Below are positions 41,099 through 52,296 of a stretch of 64,000 nucleotides of DNA, piece by piece (the stretch's first letter is position 1; every line of letters begins with the position of its first letter). The notes below the pieces were generated by a model that saw only the letters and a program-made list of their open reading frames with translations, had not been told where the DNA came from and made no database searches. The translations under genes were made by a program, and so were the position numbers. Source of the stretch: an uncultured Phycisphaerales bacterium (lineage in GTDB: Bacteria > Planctomycetota > Phycisphaerae > Tepidisphaerales > Tepidisphaeraceae); the NCBI GenBank assembly GCA_963755915.1, contig CAVWLP010000002.1:384001-448000 (forward strand), written 5' to 3'.

Positions 41099-42604
41099 TA
41101 GCAGGCGATGTAATCCTGGAACGGCTTGTCCTCGATCACCTTCGTCCCCATCGAATCGAGCACGGTTTTGGCCCACTGCTCCTGGTCCGGATAGTCCTCG
41201 AAGATGATCCAGACGCGTTTGCCCTTGGCCATCGGGACAATCTGCGCCCGCATCTGGTCAACATTATCGATGGATTGAAGCAGGCACGTCACCGGGATGT
41301 TCTGGATTCCCAGCCGATCTTTGTAATATTCGTACGGATACCAGATGTATTCGAAAATGCAGAGCGAATCGCCCGGCTGCTGATTCCTGGCGACCATCGT
41401 CAGCATTTTACGCGCGTCGGTGTGCATCCACGGCCGTTTCGCATATTCGCGCGTCTTATTCACCGGCGTGATCAGCAGAAAGATCAGCACGATAATGCCC
41501 ACCGGTTTGCGCTGGCCGATGAAGAGATATTCCATCCCCGCTCCCAGGACAATCGCCAGCAGCGGGCAGATGAAAAGAATCAGCCGCTCCATGAACGGAT
41601 ATTTGTGGAAGCCGGAAGCGATCAAGGTAAGAATCACCGGCAGAATCACGCCCACGGCGACCGCTTTGTTCTTGCGCCACAGCTCGCCGATTCCCAGCAG
41701 GAACACCAGCGCGCACACCCCTCCGAAGCCCATCGACAGCGGGCTTTCAAATATCTGGAAAAACGTGTCCTTGTACCACAAGATCGCATCCAGCGATTTT
41801 GGAACCGGCGCAAACGCCCCCGCCTCGCCCCAGAACGTCTGCATGTAGGTGCTGTGGCTGAGCCTCCGCAGGATGAAAAAGTAGTTGGCGCCGAAGCTGA
41901 CGGCCCACGCCGCGAACGAAATCAGCAGCGGCCGCGGATCAGGGCGCGGCTGCGTTGCCGTCCACTGCATCGCAATCATCGCGCCCACGCCCGCGAGTAC
42001 GAACACCGCCGAATGCGAAAACCAGATCGAAATCGTGCCAACGATCCCCACTGCAATCGCCCATCGCCGCGACTTTAGCGCATATGTCCCCAGCAGCACG
42101 AGCACAACCGTCACCAGCACATCCATCGAATACTGCTTGGTGGCAGCGCCATAATCATATTGCTTGGCCCCCATCGCCAGCACCACCAGCGCAAAGGCCG
42201 TCCCGCCAGGATTCAGAAACCTGCGGCAAAGCCAGTAGAAAATGGCAGCGAAAGGATCGAAGCGATCAGAGGCACCAGGCGCAGCGAATATTCGCTGTTG
42301 CCCATGATCGTGACGACCAGCTTTTCCAGCGTGAGAAATCCCGTCGGCGCGCCCTGATCGTTACTCAACGGTTTGAAGAGGCCCGCGAAAGAGCGATTGA
42401 CGATGTTCAGTGCCAATGCCGCCTCATCGCGATACATTGAGCGGTTATAGACGTAAAACCAGATCCGCATCGCGATGCCGATGCCGATGACTACCAGGGC
42501 CAGGATTGTCCACGCCACCGCCGCGCGCGAAATCCCCGCTTTGGGGCTGGCCTCCTGAATTTGGGCAACGGGGGCTTCCTTAGTCAATCCAAACCTCCAT
42601 ATAT
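41086..42604 (-). CDS. GT-C fold glycosyltransferase paralog; frameshift(s) ~42190-42240
   Basis: RDEAALA, QGAPTGF, LRLVPLI, TKQYSMD, KYPFMERL. Confidence 0.8.
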
Positions 42605-42615
42605 CATCGGACAAT

Positions 42616-44832
42616 TCAATGGAATGCTGTTGGCCGAGTGGTGGGGGCGATGGGACGCATCTCGATCACGCCCGGATCATAATCGATGATGCAGCTGTCC
42701 GCATATTCTTTGCCCGCGCGCATTCCGACGGCCTGAACAAGATTTTTGCCTCGCGCCAGGGTGATATCTGGCCAGACGAATACGCAGTCGTCGCCGGTCT
42801 TCGAGCCCAGCGACACGCCGTTCAACCTCAACTCCACCGAATCGCAATTGGAATAAACCTTGAAGGGCCCCTTCGCCACGTTGCGCGGCGAGTATCGACG
42901 GTCGGTGATGTATATCACCGGATCGCTCGACCAATTTGCCTTGTAAAAATAGAAAGCGTCCTTCTTCGTCTTGCGGTCGTAGGTGACAAGCCCCTTGTCA
43001 TTGCGGCCCAGGTGATCCCCCTCGTGCCGGTTGTCGACCGCGAAGTCGAACATGTTCCACAAAAACGTGCCCCACAGATAGGGCCGATCCTTCATCGCCT
43101 TATATGCCGCCTCGTGAACGACACCCTGCCATTCCTCCGGATGCCAGAACGAAACGGTCTGAGGCTGGCGCGGATCGATCTCATGCTCGTAAACGCTCGC
43201 CCCCGCGCCGTATTCGCTGATGGCGATGGCATGGCCCGCCATGCTCTGGTGCAGCGAATCAAGACCCTGCGGCCAGGCGGCAATCGTATCGCTGTACCAC
43301 CCGTAATACCGGTTAAATCCAATGACGTCCGTCACAAGGTTCAGCGGGATCGGCCCCTTGCCGGCCAGGGTCGCCGCCGTCGTCAGCCGGGTCGGATCCA
43401 GCGCGTGCGCTTCGTCGTTCAGTGCCTTCACGACTGCAACTTCGCGGTCAATCATACGCTTTGCCGCGGCCGCGCTCTGCCCATTATTCGGCCCCGCGTG
43501 CAGCTCATTGAACAGCGACCAGAAACAGATCGACGGATGGTTATAACTTTGCTTGATGAGCTCCCGAAGCTGCTGAAGAGCCGTGTCTTCAAAGCCCTGA
43601 GAATTTCCCACTTCATTCACCATCGACGATTCCGCCCAGACCACCAGCCCGCCACGGTCGCACAGATCGTAAAAGTCCTGCGCGTGCTGATAGTGCGCCA
43701 GGCGGATGCCGGTGCATCCCATCTCCATGATCAAATCGAAATCCTCCTGCTGCTCGCGCGAAGTGATGGCCCATCCCATGTCAATGCGGTCCTGGTGGCG
43801 ATTCACCCCATGCAGCGGATACGGCTGGCCGTTGAGGAGAAATCCGCGGTCGGGATCGCAGGCGAAGAAACGAATTCCCACCGGCTGAATCACGCGGTCC
43901 ACCAGCTTCGATCCCTGCCGCAGGGAAACCTGGACGTGATAAAGATAGGGATCAATTCGCCCGTTCCAGAGATGGGGATGATCGACGCTGAGCGTCTGCA
44001 CATCGTCGGTGTTTCCGCCTGGATCAAGACTCCGCTGCCCCGACGCCGACTGAACCACGGCGCCGTTTGCATCCAGCAATTCACAGCTCACGTCAACCAG
44101 CCCGGCTCCCTGACCGCTGTTGCGAAGCTTCGTCGTCACCTGCAAATCGGCATGATCGGCGCTCACGTTCGTTTCTCTGACATAAACCCCCGGCGAGGCA
44201 TCATCCACGGGACTGATGCAAACCGGATTCAGCGCCAGCATCCATACCTCGCGGTAGAGCCCGCCAAACATCGTGAAATCTCCCGACAGCGGCGGAATCG
44301 TCGAATCTCTCCTGTTGGTCACTCGCAGCGCGATCACATTGTCGCCGCTCGGGTCGAGCAACGGCGTGATGTCGTAACAAAACGCCGAGAAAAATCCCTT
44401 GTGGTCCGGCCCCGCCGGCTTCCCATTGACATAAACCCACGCATGGCTCCCCGCCGCTCCGAAATGCAGATAGATCGACTTCCCTTGCAGGGCCGACCCG
44501 ATCGTCAGACGCCGCCGATACCACGCCGGGCCGCGATAATAATTATCGCCGCCATCTTCCCCGTCGAGATTATTCCAGGTGTGCGGCAGGTTCACCGCTT
44601 CCCACGCTGAATCGTCAAAATCCGGCTGCTGTGCCCCATCGACGTCCTGCCGGATGAATTTCCAGCCGGCATCCAGATTCACAGCCATGCGCGGCGAGAC
44701 GAAGGCCTCAATGCCCAACTGCTGAAGCTGGGCCGGTTTCACCCCTCCAACGCCCGAGGCGCATCCGCACAAACCCGCGACGAAAACGACCAACCCCACC
44801 AAAGCCACGATTCGGTGAACCAGATCCTGCAT
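42616..44832 (-). CDS. GH2 glycoside hydrolase (beta-galactosidase/glucuronidase-like), probable lipoprotein
   Basis: LCGC lipobox; GVNRHQD, RLAHY, WSLFNE, ISEYGAG, NDKGLVTYDR. Confidence 0.92.
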   Translation of the reverse strand: MQDLVHRIVALVGLVVFVAGLCGCASGVGGVKPAQLQQLGIEAFVSPRMAVNLDAGWKFIRQDVDGAQQPDFDDSAWEAVNLPHTWNNLDGEDGGDNYYRGPAWYRRRLTIGSALQGKSIYLHFGAAGSHAWVYVNGKPAGPDHKGFFSAFCYDITPLLDPSGDNVIALRVTNRRDSTIPPLSGDFTMFGGLYREVWMLALNPVCISPVDDASPGVYVRETNVSADHADLQVTTKLRNSGQGAGLVDVSCELLDANGAVVQSASGQRSLDPGGNTDDVQTLSVDHPHLWNGRIDPYLYHVQVSLRQGSKLVDRVIQPVGIRFFACDPDRGFLLNGQPYPLHGVNRHQDRIDMGWAITSREQQEDFDLIMEMGCTGIRLAHYQHAQDFYDLCDRGGLVVWAESSMVNEVGNSQGFEDTALQQLRELIKQSYNHPSICFWSLFNELHAGPNNGQSAAAAKRMIDREVAVVKALNDEAHALDPTRLTTAATLAGKGPIPLNLVTDVIGFNRYYGWYSDTIAAWPQGLDSLHQSMAGHAIAISEYGAGASVYEHEIDPRQPQTVSFWHPEEWQGVVHEAAYKAMKDRPYLWGTFLWNMFDFAVDNRHEGDHLGRNDKGLVTYDRKTKKDAFYFYKANWSSDPVIYITDRRYSPRNVAKGPFKVYSNCDSVELRLNGVSLGSKTGDDCVFVWPDITLARGKNLVQAVGMRAGKEYADSCIIDYDPGVIEMRPIAPTTRPTAFH

Positions 44833-45005
44833 AACGCTCCATCCGCAAGCGGCAAGGACCACCAATATCGAGACCGCGGCGGTCGAACGCAACCCCGCAC
44901 GTTTATCGGTCGTACGCAAGCTGATTATCGCACCCCGCTTTTTTACCGATACCACCTTAAGAAAACTGCAAATTTGATGGGGCGGGAATGCAGGAGAAGC
45001 TGCCA

Positions 45006-45896
45006 ATGCCCCAGCGGATTTTGCTCATCGACGACTCAAAGGCGATTCACGCCCTGCTCGCTTCCCGGCTCAGCGACGAACCGGTCACGCTGACATCGGC
45101 ATATACCGGTCAGGAAGGCCTCGCCGCCGCGCGAAAGTTCACTCCCGATCTGATTCTCCTCGACGCGGATTTGCCGGATGCCTCCGCGATCGAGGTTTGC
45201 CGTCAGCTCAAGAGCGATGTAACCACCGCTGAAATCCCGGTGATTTTCCTCGCCAGCGCGGCATCGCCGGACGATCGCATTTACGATCCCCAGGTCGGCG
45301 CGGCCGATTTCATCAATAAGCCCTTCAACTTCGCCGAACTGAAAGCGCGAATCAGTTCCGCGCTGCAAACGCGCGAGTCTGTCGACGGCCCTGAATCGGG
45401 CCCTCGAATCGACGGCGCCAGCGGCCTGTGGAACCGCGCCTATTTCGATCAGCGATTCTGCCAGGAGCTTTCCCTCGCCCGCCGAACCGGCAACCCGCTG
45501 ACATGCATCCTCGCCGATATCGACAATTTCGCCTCGATCAACGAAACCTATGGCCGCGCCTTCGGCGACGAAGTCCTCACCCGCGTCGCGGCCGCCCTCA
45601 GCGACGCCACGCGCCTCGAAGACGACGTCTGCCGCTTCGGCTCCGACGAATTCATCATTCTCTGCCCCTGCACCGATCGCGCCGGCACGGAATCGATGAT
45701 TCAATGCTGCAGCGAAGCCCTCGCCGCGATGGACCTGAAATGCGAGGGCCACCCCGTCCCCATCACCTGCACCTTCGGCGCAGCCGAGGACGACGGGCGA
45801 AAAATGTCGCTGATCGAGCAGGCTCAGAGAGCTTTGCAGGAAGCCAAGCTCGGCGAGCATCACCGCGAACCCGCGATGTCGGGCCGTTCACACTAA
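45006..45896 (+). CDS. REC-GGDEF protein with GSDEF active-site variant
   Basis: [30 protein letters not shown]-x5-GSDEF. Confidence 0.88.
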   Translation: MPQRILLIDDSKAIHALLASRLSDEPVTLTSAYTGQEGLAAARKFTPDLILLDADLPDASAIEVCRQLKSDVTTAEIPVIFLASAASPDDRIYDPQVGAADFINKPFNFAELKARISSALQTRESVDGPESGPRIDGASGLWNRAYFDQRFCQELSLARRTGNPLTCILADIDNFASINETYGRAFGDEVLTRVAAALSDATRLEDDVCRFGSDEFIILCPCTDRAGTESMIQCCSEALAAMDLKCEGHPVPITCTFGAAEDDGRKMSLIEQAQRALQEAKLGEHHREPAMSGRSH

Positions 45897-46705
45897 CTCA
45901 ACTTCATCGCCGACATAAAGCGTCTTCCCCGCCTGTTCCGCCGGCATGATCGTGTTCACGGCCAGCCGATAAAAGTGATTGAACCGCGACTGCTCCGCCC
46001 AGCCTGGCAGCATTTCCTTCCGCTTCTCAGCGAAGATTTTCGCAAACTGCGGGTCGTTCTGCCCAGTAAACGGATCGCGCGGCGGAACCACGCACCGCTG
46101 GCAGGGGTTGTTCCCGTCGATCAGGCATTCCCCGATCCGAAACCGCACCAGCGAACCCTTCGCAGCATAAAGCCGGTCTTCCCAGAACGGCGGCACCCCG
46201 CCGATTTCCAAATTCGCCCGAAAACGGATCCGCACCTGCCGAACGTCCAGCGGCCCAAACCAGCTTGCCACTTCGGCAAGCGTGGCTGTCGAAATCACCG
46301 TCGGCCCCGGGCAATCCAGGTCATCCGGAAAGCCCACTTCATCGTTCCGCCGCAGCCAGACCGGGACGCCAAAAAATTCCGTCAGCCAGACATCGATCTT
46401 GTCGCGCTGCTGCTCGACGTGAAAGGCGGCCGTCAGACCGGTTTCCGCTCGGCCAAGGCGCAGGATTTGCGTCACCGGGTCGAACGAAGATCTCATCAGG
46501 TGAACCAGCGCATAGCGCTTGCCGTTCACGAATTTCCCCTCGGAATCAAACATGCCGAAGGTGCGGTCCCCCTCCAGCGCCGCTGCGCAGAAGCCGGGCG
46601 CTGGGAACAGAAACCGGTTCCATCGACTTCACCGGATAGATCGAAATGCTCGCGAGGTGGGGCAATTGATATTTTGATGGGCTGGGCCCGGCCACGGGCG
46701 ATCAT
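45888..46705 (-). CDS. MOSC domain protein (frameshifts ~46570 and ~46655)
   Basis: IYPVKS N-terminus in alternate frame; RFRANL; PCQRCVVP. Confidence 0.8.
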
Positions 46706-46743
46706 GATCGCCGCCGGCCAAAATCCATTCAAGCAAAAAGATG

Positions 46744-47565
46744 TCACAGCACGCTGACGGCATCACCGACGCGAACCGTACCACCCTGGACGACGGACGC
46801 ATAAACGCCGACCCGCACTTCGTTGGTTTTCGCCGCCGCCCTGAGAATGCCCGGATCCTTCGGCAGATCGGCCTGCGCCAGCGTCGTCATCACGCATCGC
46901 GGGCAGGGGCCTGTGACCTGAATTTTCACCTCCGGCCCGATCGCCAGCGTCTTGCCTATCCAGCCGTTTTCCACGAATTCCTTCTTATCTCCCGTGCCAA
47001 TGATGAGATTCGGCCGGAACCGGCGGGGCTCAAACCGCCCGGCGGGATAGGCCTCCCGCAACTTCTCCAATGTCCCCGTCGTCAGCACGTGAAGAATCGC
47101 CAGGTCGAAGAACGTTCCCGGCGGCATCGCCTCGTCCGTCACCACGTCACGGTTCGAAAGCTCAGCCATATCCGGCCAGTATTCCTCAAGCTGCGCCCCC
47201 TGCGGCGGCGCTTCCAGAAGCGAAACTGTCCTGCCCAGCGCCTCTGAAATTGTGCTCGCGAAATCGGAACTGGAGCTGAGGGTATACCGTCCATCGGGAA
47301 GCTGAACCCGAACCGCCGGAAGCGCCGAGGAAGATTCCGGCGGATTCACATACGCCGCGCAATACGTAAACAGATTGGGCCATTTTTTCGGGTTCTTCGC
47401 GCTGACGATCTTCTGCGTTTCGCTGTCGCACAACGCATAAGCGCGATCGCCAAACAATCCGCGCGGGGTAATCTTCGCCGCGTTCAGTTCCTCCCCCATC
47501 ATCGACTTCACCGGATAACGGTGAAGGCTTGCCACACTCCCCTCGCAAGCAAGAGCGCTCGACAT
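46744..47565 (-). CDS. MOSC domain protein (YcbX/mARC-like)
   Basis: RYPVKSM, GDRAYA, RFRPNL, PCPRCVMTT. Confidence 0.9.
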   Translation of the reverse strand: MSSALACEGSVASLHRYPVKSMMGEELNAAKITPRGLFGDRAYALCDSETQKIVSAKNPKKWPNLFTYCAAYVNPPESSSALPAVRVQLPDGRYTLSSSSDFASTISEALGRTVSLLEAPPQGAQLEEYWPDMAELSNRDVVTDEAMPPGTFFDLAILHVLTTGTLEKLREAYPAGRFEPRRFRPNLIIGTGDKKEFVENGWIGKTLAIGPEVKIQVTGPCPRCVMTTLAQADLPKDPGILRAAAKTNEVRVGVYASVVQGGTVRVGDAVSVL

Positions 47566-47691
47566 CTGATCTCCCTTCGATCTGATATTTGATTGGAATG
47601 ACGCCTATTGCAGGGCGGACAAACAATCGCATGCGCCGACGGCGTCGTTTTCACGCGAACGCCGTCGGCGCAAGTGGCAACAGATCAAACC

Positions 47692-49229
47692 TTACGCCAT
47701 CGCCGGCGTGGCATCCGACGGTGTCGCAGGCGTCGAGGCCGTTAACTGCGGCATGGCCATCATGTTCGCGTCCAGCACCTGCCGCACGCCGTCAAATTCA
47801 GCCTTGCTGCGCCGGCGGACAAACGTGATAATCCCGCCCGCCAGCAGATAAGCGCCAAACACCCACGGCATGATATTCATCGGCGGACTGAGCGGCACCG
47901 GCCAGACCAGACCGACGATCGGCACCAGCAGCAGAATCAGCGCCCCGACCGACAGGAAAATGTGGTGCGCCTTGAGCTGGCCGACCTTATAAAGGAAAAA
48001 CGGCGTCGCCAGCGAGATGCCCACATATCCGCCGCAGAATCCCATCGCTCCCAGCGTTCCCGCGTTGTTGAACAAATCCAACGGCACGCCCATCTGAAGC
48101 GCGTTCCAGCCCCCCGCATAAATCGCCAGCATAAAGCCCGTGGGAATCAGGAACTGGAGAAGGGCAAACGACGCGATCGCCACGTGCGGCGTCAGGTTCA
48201 GCTTGTGCGAGCTGCCGACCGAGATCGGGAAGATTCCGTAACGGGCCATCGAGAAGACAATGCGCGACCCGGAATTCAGGCACGACAGCGCCAGCGCGAA
48301 GAAGCTGATCATCGCGCCGCATTCGATCACGATGCCCATCCACGCCAGGTTCATGTTCTGCGCCAGCGTCGTCAGCGGAGCCGGAAGCTGGTCGAGCGTC
48401 GGGTTGTTGGTCGCCAGCGCGTGCGTTTCGACATACGTGATGAACACAAAAAACGACCCGGTAAACAGCAGGCTTGCGATCACCGCGCGGGGATGGTCAC
48501 CAGCGGCTTCTTGGCCTCTTCGCCAAATGCCGTGGCGCATTCGAATCCAACGCCGCTGAAGATCGCCACCACCACGCCCAGGCCCAAGGGCCGCATGATG
48601 TCTTTGAAGCCCATCCCGGCGAAGCAGTGATACTGGTTGGTATCGATCACCCCATATTTCCCGCAGGCAATGAGCGCCAGAATGGTGATGACCAACACCG
48701 AAATGCCTTCCATCGCCAGCATCAGCAGCGCCGAAAGCGTGATGTCTTTGTAAGCCAGGAACCACGCCGTGAACATGCATATCGCAAACAGCGTGATCCA
48801 CGGGTGCGAGAGATATCCCGTCGCCCCCGCCTGCGTGAGCAGCATCGAGGCGAAGTGGGTGAAGCCCGTCACGCCGGCGATGCCGATGAACATATACGCC
48901 CAGGCAAGCGACCACCCGGCCACCCCACCGGCCGTCGGCCCAATCCCTTTGACGGTATATTCATACATACTCCCCGCCGATGTGTAGCGCTTGGCAAACT
49001 GGTTCAGGTTCAGCGCCACGAACAGAAGCATGATGGTTCCGAACGTGTAGCACAGCCACCCCGCGTTTGCGGCAGTCGAAAACATCAGCGGCACGATTAA
49101 CGCCGCCGTCATGCTCGGGGAAATCAACGCCATCGCGTGCGCGGAGACCTCCCAGAAATTCAAAGCATTATGCTTTAGCTTGGTGTGAGTTTTCTTGACC
49201 GTTTCTACGTAGCCAGCGACGTCGCTCAT
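47692..49229 (-). CDS. APC family amino acid/amine permease (frameshift ~48490)
   Basis: SAGSMYEY, FSGVGFECATAFGEEAKKP, SRIVFSMARYG; AGGAG RBS. Confidence 0.88.
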
Positions 49230-49394
49230 GGCGGACTCCTGCAATAAACCTCACCTGACGTCGCGTGAGCGAACCGCGCGCGGCAGCACCGTGCTGCCTC
49301 GCGAAGACACGCGAGCCTTCCTCTTCCGCCGACTGCTCGTTCAGACGTTTCCCTTTTTCCACCGCATCGGGAGCCGCTCTGTAATCCGCCGGGC

Positions 49395-50021
49395 TTACCC
49401 TACAAGCTCGGCTTTCATTTCTGCCGTCTCCCGACGGGAATTGAGCGTGGTTGGTATGGTGCACGCGACCAGAATGACCTCGGCATCCTTCCCCCCGCCG
49501 GCATCGAGCCGATGGGGAAGACGCGAATCAAAATGCGCCGCATCTCCGGGTTCCAGGTCGTACTGCTTCTCGTTGACATGGAGCTTCAAACTGCCTGATA
49601 AAACGTAAATCCATTCCTCCCCATCATGCTGATAGCGCTCGGCGCCAGGCCGCTGGGGCGAAACCGTAATCCGCATCGGCTGCACGTTGAACCGCGATAT
49701 GCCCGAAAGCGGCGTATACGAAATCCCATTTCCGCGCCGAACCCCCATGCTCTCCCGCCGGACGATGATGCACCCCTCATCCTCCGGCCGAAGCTCAAAA
49801 AGGCTCCCCATCGGCACGTTAAACACCCGGGCCAGCGTCAGCACCGCCGCGATCGAAGGCTGCCGGTTCCCGCTTTCCAGCCGCGATAGAAACGGCTTGG
49901 AAAGCCCACTACGCTCAGCCAACTCCTCGAGCGTCCAATCCCGGGCCGCCCTTAACTCTTTTAGCCGCTCACCCAACATCATGAGCTCCGGTGCCTCGCG
50001 TGGTTCAACCTCTTCTCCCAT
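49395..50021 (-). CDS. XRE HTH + cupin transcriptional regulator
   Basis: TLEELAERSGLSKPFLSRLESG; HDGEEWIYVLSG; GDAAHFDSRLPH. Confidence 0.92.
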   Translation of the reverse strand: MGEEVEPREAPELMMLGERLKELRAARDWTLEELAERSGLSKPFLSRLESGNRQPSIAAVLTLARVFNVPMGSLFELRPEDEGCIIVRRESMGVRRGNGISYTPLSGISRFNVQPMRITVSPQRPGAERYQHDGEEWIYVLSGSLKLHVNEKQYDLEPGDAAHFDSRLPHRLDAGGGKDAEVILVACTIPTTLNSRRETAEMKAELVG

Positions 50022-50045
50022 GGGCGGGACTATTTACCCGATTTG

Positions 50046-50167
50046 TTGCCTGCTAAGCAACAAAAAAATTGCCTGAGAGACAAAATAATCCATAAATCAC
50101 TCGAAAATGATATTTAAGTCTGTCGATATGGCAACAAAACCAACCGATGAGATTGCCGCACCGGCAA
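50046..50167. promoter_or_regulatory. Four TTGYC-N5-GRCAA-like palindromic sites
   Basis: Sites at 50046, 50069, 50120, 50153. Confidence 0.7.
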
Positions 50168-50183
50168 CGGACAGCCCCGAAAA

Positions 50184-51359
50184 CTACGCCCGCAGCCGCG
50201 TCTGGATGTTATCCAGGACATTCATGAAGTTGATGTAGCTGTCGTAAGGACTTTCATAAGGACTGAAATACTTGTGCACATCCCCATCCGACCAATATTT
50301 CGTGCACATGTAATAGAAATGATCGCTCGTCGTCAGCATCCGCCAATCCGACAAAAGCTGCGGATCCCCCTTCTCCTTCAGCGGGCCCTCCAGTTTGTAC
50401 AGCTCATGCAAGGCGTTCGACTGCATCGCGTTCCCCAGCCATGCCGACAGATCCCGCTCCGTGTCCGCCCATGAAATCATGTTCGGCACGTCGATCTCCC
50501 CCACCGCCTCATATTTATCCACCACCTGGCTCGGCGTCAGGAAGCTATTGTCGCGATGCTCCATGATCTTACCCGGCACATGGTGCATGAAATCAAAAAT
50601 TCCCGTGTCCGCCCACTGATGCTCCCCGAATGTTTCGTAATCCATGAACAGGTTGCAGATAAACCCATTGCCGTTGATCTGGTTCACCCACGCGGCAAAC
50701 TTCTCCGCCGTCAGCGGCCACTGCTCCCAGCTCCGATTCGAAAACCGAAACGCAATGTCGTCGCTCAGCCGGAAATTCTTCAGCAGCAGCTTCAGCTTGG
50801 GCGCGTGCGGCGGGTGATAAACAAAATTCGGGCTCCGATACCCCAGAATATGATCCGCACCCTCCGCCAGCACCGCTTCATACCCCATGTGGCTCACGAA
50901 ATGCGCCACATCGTTGTTGTAAATCAGTTCCGTATTTCGGAAAACCCGCGGCTGCTGCCCGAAAAGCTCCTTGATCTTCTGCCGATGCAGTTCCACCTGC
51001 GCCCGGAATTCCTCCCGCGAATACATGAACGCCAGCGAGTGGTAGTACGTCTCATCCAGAAACTCCACGCACCCCGTCTTATTGAGCTCGTGAAACGAAT
51101 CCATCACCTCCGGCACATATTGCTGGATCTGGTCCAGGGCCGTGCCGGTAATCGAATAGGCAATCCGGAACCGCCCCTCGTGAACCCGGATCGTATCCAG
51201 CAGCGTCCGGTTCGCCGGCAGGTAACACTTGTGCGCCACCTTCCGGCAAATCTCCGCGTTCTTGTGATCGTCGAAATAATGCCGGTCCGTGTCGAAAACG
51301 CTATAGCGCCGCAGCCGCATCGGCTGGTGAACCTGAAAATAAAAACAAACCGACGCCAT
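50184..51359 (-). CDS. GH57 glycoside hydrolase (alpha-amylase-like)
   Basis: FQVHQP, ETYYHSL, FRNTEL, FMDYETFGEHQ, TTSDHFYYM. Confidence 0.93.
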   Translation of the reverse strand: MASVCFYFQVHQPMRLRRYSVFDTDRHYFDDHKNAEICRKVAHKCYLPANRTLLDTIRVHEGRFRIAYSITGTALDQIQQYVPEVMDSFHELNKTGCVEFLDETYYHSLAFMYSREEFRAQVELHRQKIKELFGQQPRVFRNTELIYNNDVAHFVSHMGYEAVLAEGADHILGYRSPNFVYHPPHAPKLKLLLKNFRLSDDIAFRFSNRSWEQWPLTAEKFAAWVNQINGNGFICNLFMDYETFGEHQWADTGIFDFMHHVPGKIMEHRDNSFLTPSQVVDKYEAVGEIDVPNMISWADTERDLSAWLGNAMQSNALHELYKLEGPLKEKGDPQLLSDWRMLTTSDHFYYMCTKYWSDGDVHKYFSPYESPYDSYINFMNVLDNIQTRLRA

Positions 51360-51426
51360 ATCGCCTCTAGTAGCTCGGCAGTATACGCAGAGCCCAGTAC
51401 GAATCTATACGCGCAAAACCTGCGGG

Positions 51427-52281
51427 TTATTTTCGCAGGCTGGTGAAATACCGAACCCCAAGGTTCAAGATGAAAATCAGGCTTATCAGCACCAGTATTC
51501 CCGCCCACGCCAGCCCCTGCTCCTCCGGCGTCACCCGCTGCGTACTATAGTCGTATATTTGCTTGGTCAGCGACGGAAATCGGTCGTTCAAATTCCAGGT
51601 AATCGAGTCGTTTCCCAGCGAAGTAAACAGCAGCGGCGCTGTCTCCCCCGCGATCCGCGCGATCGAAAGCATGATCCCGGTAATAATGCTCGCCTTCGCC
51701 GCCGGCAGCACAACCCGCCAGATGGTGTGCGCCTTGGTCCCCCCCAGCCCGATCGATGCCTCGCGATAGCTGTTTGGCACCAGCCGAAGCATCTCTTCGG
51801 TCGTTCTGGCAATGATCGGAATCATAATAAACGCCAGCGCCGCGGCCCCCGCCCAGGCGTTATTCCGATGCACCGGCGCTACCAGCAGCTCGTAGCACAA
51901 AATCCCCACCACAATACTCGGCACCCCCGCCAGCACATCCGCCAGAAACCGCACCACCCCCACGAACATCGACCTGGTGTCATATTCCGCCAGATAAATC
52001 CCCGCCAGCATCCCCACCGGAATCCCCAGCGCACCCGCCAGCGCGATCAAAACCGTCGTCCCCTCCAACCCATTGGCCATCCCCCCCGGAAATCCGGGAT
52101 TCCCCTGCGCAATCGGCTCCTTAATGAAAAACGACAGGCTCAAATGGCTAAACCCAATGCAAAGCAAATACCCCGTAATCAGCACCAGCACGATCAGAAT
52201 GATCGCGGCAAAGGCGATGCACAGCGCGTACATCCCCGCGCTGATCCTTCGCGATAATTGCCTTCTAGCCGCTTCCGTCAT
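51427..52281 (-). CDS. pstA: Phosphate ABC transporter permease PstA
   Basis: LAGVPSIVVG, REASIGLG, ARIAGETAPLLFT. Confidence 0.93.
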   Translation of the reverse strand: MTEAARRQLSRRISAGMYALCIAFAAIILIVLVLITGYLLCIGFSHLSLSFFIKEPIAQGNPGFPGGMANGLEGTTVLIALAGALGIPVGMLAGIYLAEYDTRSMFVGVVRFLADVLAGVPSIVVGILCYELLVAPVHRNNAWAGAAALAFIMIPIIARTTEEMLRLVPNSYREASIGLGGTKAHTIWRVVLPAAKASIITGIMLSIARIAGETAPLLFTSLGNDSITWNLNDRFPSLTKQIYDYSTQRVTPEEQGLAWAGILVLISLIFILNLGVRYFTSLRK

Positions 52282-52296
52282 TCGTGAATTCCCCGG

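Noticed and set aside
42619-44610. Long Arg-rich antisense ORFs (also 11932-13137, 27254-28441, 53158-54333, 55225-56643)
   Set aside because: Expected shadows of high-GC genes; no motifs.
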